The notes under the pieces were generated by a model that had not been told where the DNA came from, did not search any database, and was given only the letters and a program-made list of their open reading frames with translations. Below, in pieces: positions 62,462 to 64,000 of a stretch of 64,000 nucleotides of DNA. Positions within the stretch are counted from its first letter, which is position 1. Each line of letters opens with the position of its first letter. The DNA comes from Mustelus asterias (taxonomy: Eukaryota): the NCBI RefSeq assembly GCF_964213995.1, contig NC_135817.1, positions 53,258,001 through 53,322,000 on the forward strand, in the 5' to 3' direction. Position numbers and translations under genes: made by a program.

Positions 62462-64000
62462 GTAAGATCTCGGGTCATTGCGATTTTGCTGCAATCTCAA
62501 AACTTTGTTCATTGCACAGAGCAATAATTCTAGTGAACTGTACTATCGATAGAGATTTCACTTGTTAAAAGATCAACTGTGTGTGTATGTATATGACATT
62601 TAATGTAATAAAGTGTCCCAAGGTGTTTCACATTGGGCATTATAAAACAAAGTTTAAACCCAGTCACAAAAGCAGATAATGGGACAGATAATCTAAACCT
62701 TGGCCACACGAGTAGATTTTAAAGAGTTCCTTAAAGAAAGAAGGTGAAGGAGAGAGGTTTAGGGAGGGAATTTCAACGTTTTGGTTCAGGCAGCTCAATT
62801 CACAGTTAAAGTTTAAAGTTAAAGTTTATTTATTAGTCACAAGTAAAGCTTACATTAACACTTCAATGTAGTTACTGTGAAAATTCCATAGTTGCCACAC
62901 TCTGTTCAGGTACACTGAGGGAGAATTTAGCATGGACGATGCACCTAACCATCAATCAACTGTGGAGCAATTAAAACTGGGGATGTTCAAGAGGACTGAA
63001 TTAGAGCAGCACAGATATCTCAGAGGGTTGTGGGTCTGGAGGAGATGACAGAGGTAAAGAGGGGACAAAGCCATGGAGGGGTTTGAACACAAGAATGCAA
63101 ATTTTAAAAGAGGGGTTTAACCTGAGCCAATGTAGGTCAGCAAGCAGCGGGTGATCGGTGAATGGGACGTTAGAACATGGGAAGCAGAATTTTGGATGAG
63201 CTCATGTCTATGGAGCAGCCAGGGTGAGACAGAATATTGAAACCTCATGGTAACAAAGTCATGGATGACAGTTTCAGTATCAGAGCTGGAGCAGGGATGG
63301 AGTAGGATGATGTTGTGGAAGTTGAAATCGGCGGTCTAAGTGATGGTGCAAATATGTAGTCAGAAGCTCATCTTGGGGTCACGTGTCACACCAAGACTGT
63401 GTACGGTCTAGTTTAGTGTAGGACAGTTGCCTGGGTGAAGGATGGAGTTAAGCGTGAGAGAGTGGAGTTAGTGGCAGAGACTAAAGACAATGATTTTGAC
63501 CTTTCCAATATTTAGTTGGAGAACATTTCCTCTCAACTACCACTAGACACGGATCTGACAGTGCAACAGGGGCCAAGCGAGGTGGTGGGAATGTAGTCCT
63601 GGGTGTCATCAATGTACATATGGAAACTGGCATTGTTTTTACATGATGCTGTACCTGCATGCTGACATTTTGTGTTTCATGTACAAGGACACCCAGATCC
63701 CTCTGTATCATAACATTCTGCAGTCTCTTTCCATATGAATAATGTTCTGCTTTGCTTTTCTTTCTACTAAAGTGGATAATCTCAAATTTCTCCCCCCTAG
63801 CAAAATTCTGCCGCATATGTAATCTATCTTCATCCCTTTGTCAGAAAATTTGGCTACAATACACTCAGTCTATTCATCCATGTCATTATATAGATTGTAT
63901 ATATTTGAGGCTCCCACACTTGTGGTCCTCCAGAAGTTACAGTTTGCCAAGCTGAAAATGACCCATTTATCTGGACTGCTTTCTTTTCTGTTAGTTAGCC

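Noticed and set aside
1-64000. CRISPR arrays, operons or prokaryotic defence systems
   Set aside because: The sequence is intron-rich vertebrate DNA with no regularly spaced direct repeats

Overview
This is eukaryotic genomic DNA, most likely from a cartilaginous fish (shark), judged from HE1-type tRNA-derived SINEs, Deu-domain SINEs, and CR1/HER1, Rex1, RTE and Penelope remnants. It is not prokaryotic, and most ORF-track calls are repeat noise. Three genes could be reconstructed by hand from GT-AG junctions. (1) TTF2 on the + strand (SNF2-family Pol II termination factor): 22 in-phase coding exons from 3417 to 42839. Exon 1 was not found and probably lies upstream of the window. (2) An unnamed four-exon Ig-superfamily gene on the - strand (55624 to 48269). 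It encodes leader / germline-joined VJ domain / C1 domain / Cys-containing connecting peptide + Arg-bearing TM + short tail, i.e. a non-rearranging TCR-chain-like receptor of about 278 aa. This is the most notable item. (3) The first coding exon of TRIM45 on the + strand (62004-62461), beyond a 200-N assembly gap. Other highlights: minimal hammerhead-ribozyme motifs in Penelope-derived foldback repeats with 12-13 bp TSDs, a solo LTR about 630 bp upstream of the Ig gene, a tRNA-Gln/SINE-tail chimera, a perfect 31-bp hairpin apparently made by template switching, and a possible decayed V exon. All homology statements come from recalled family features, not from database searches.
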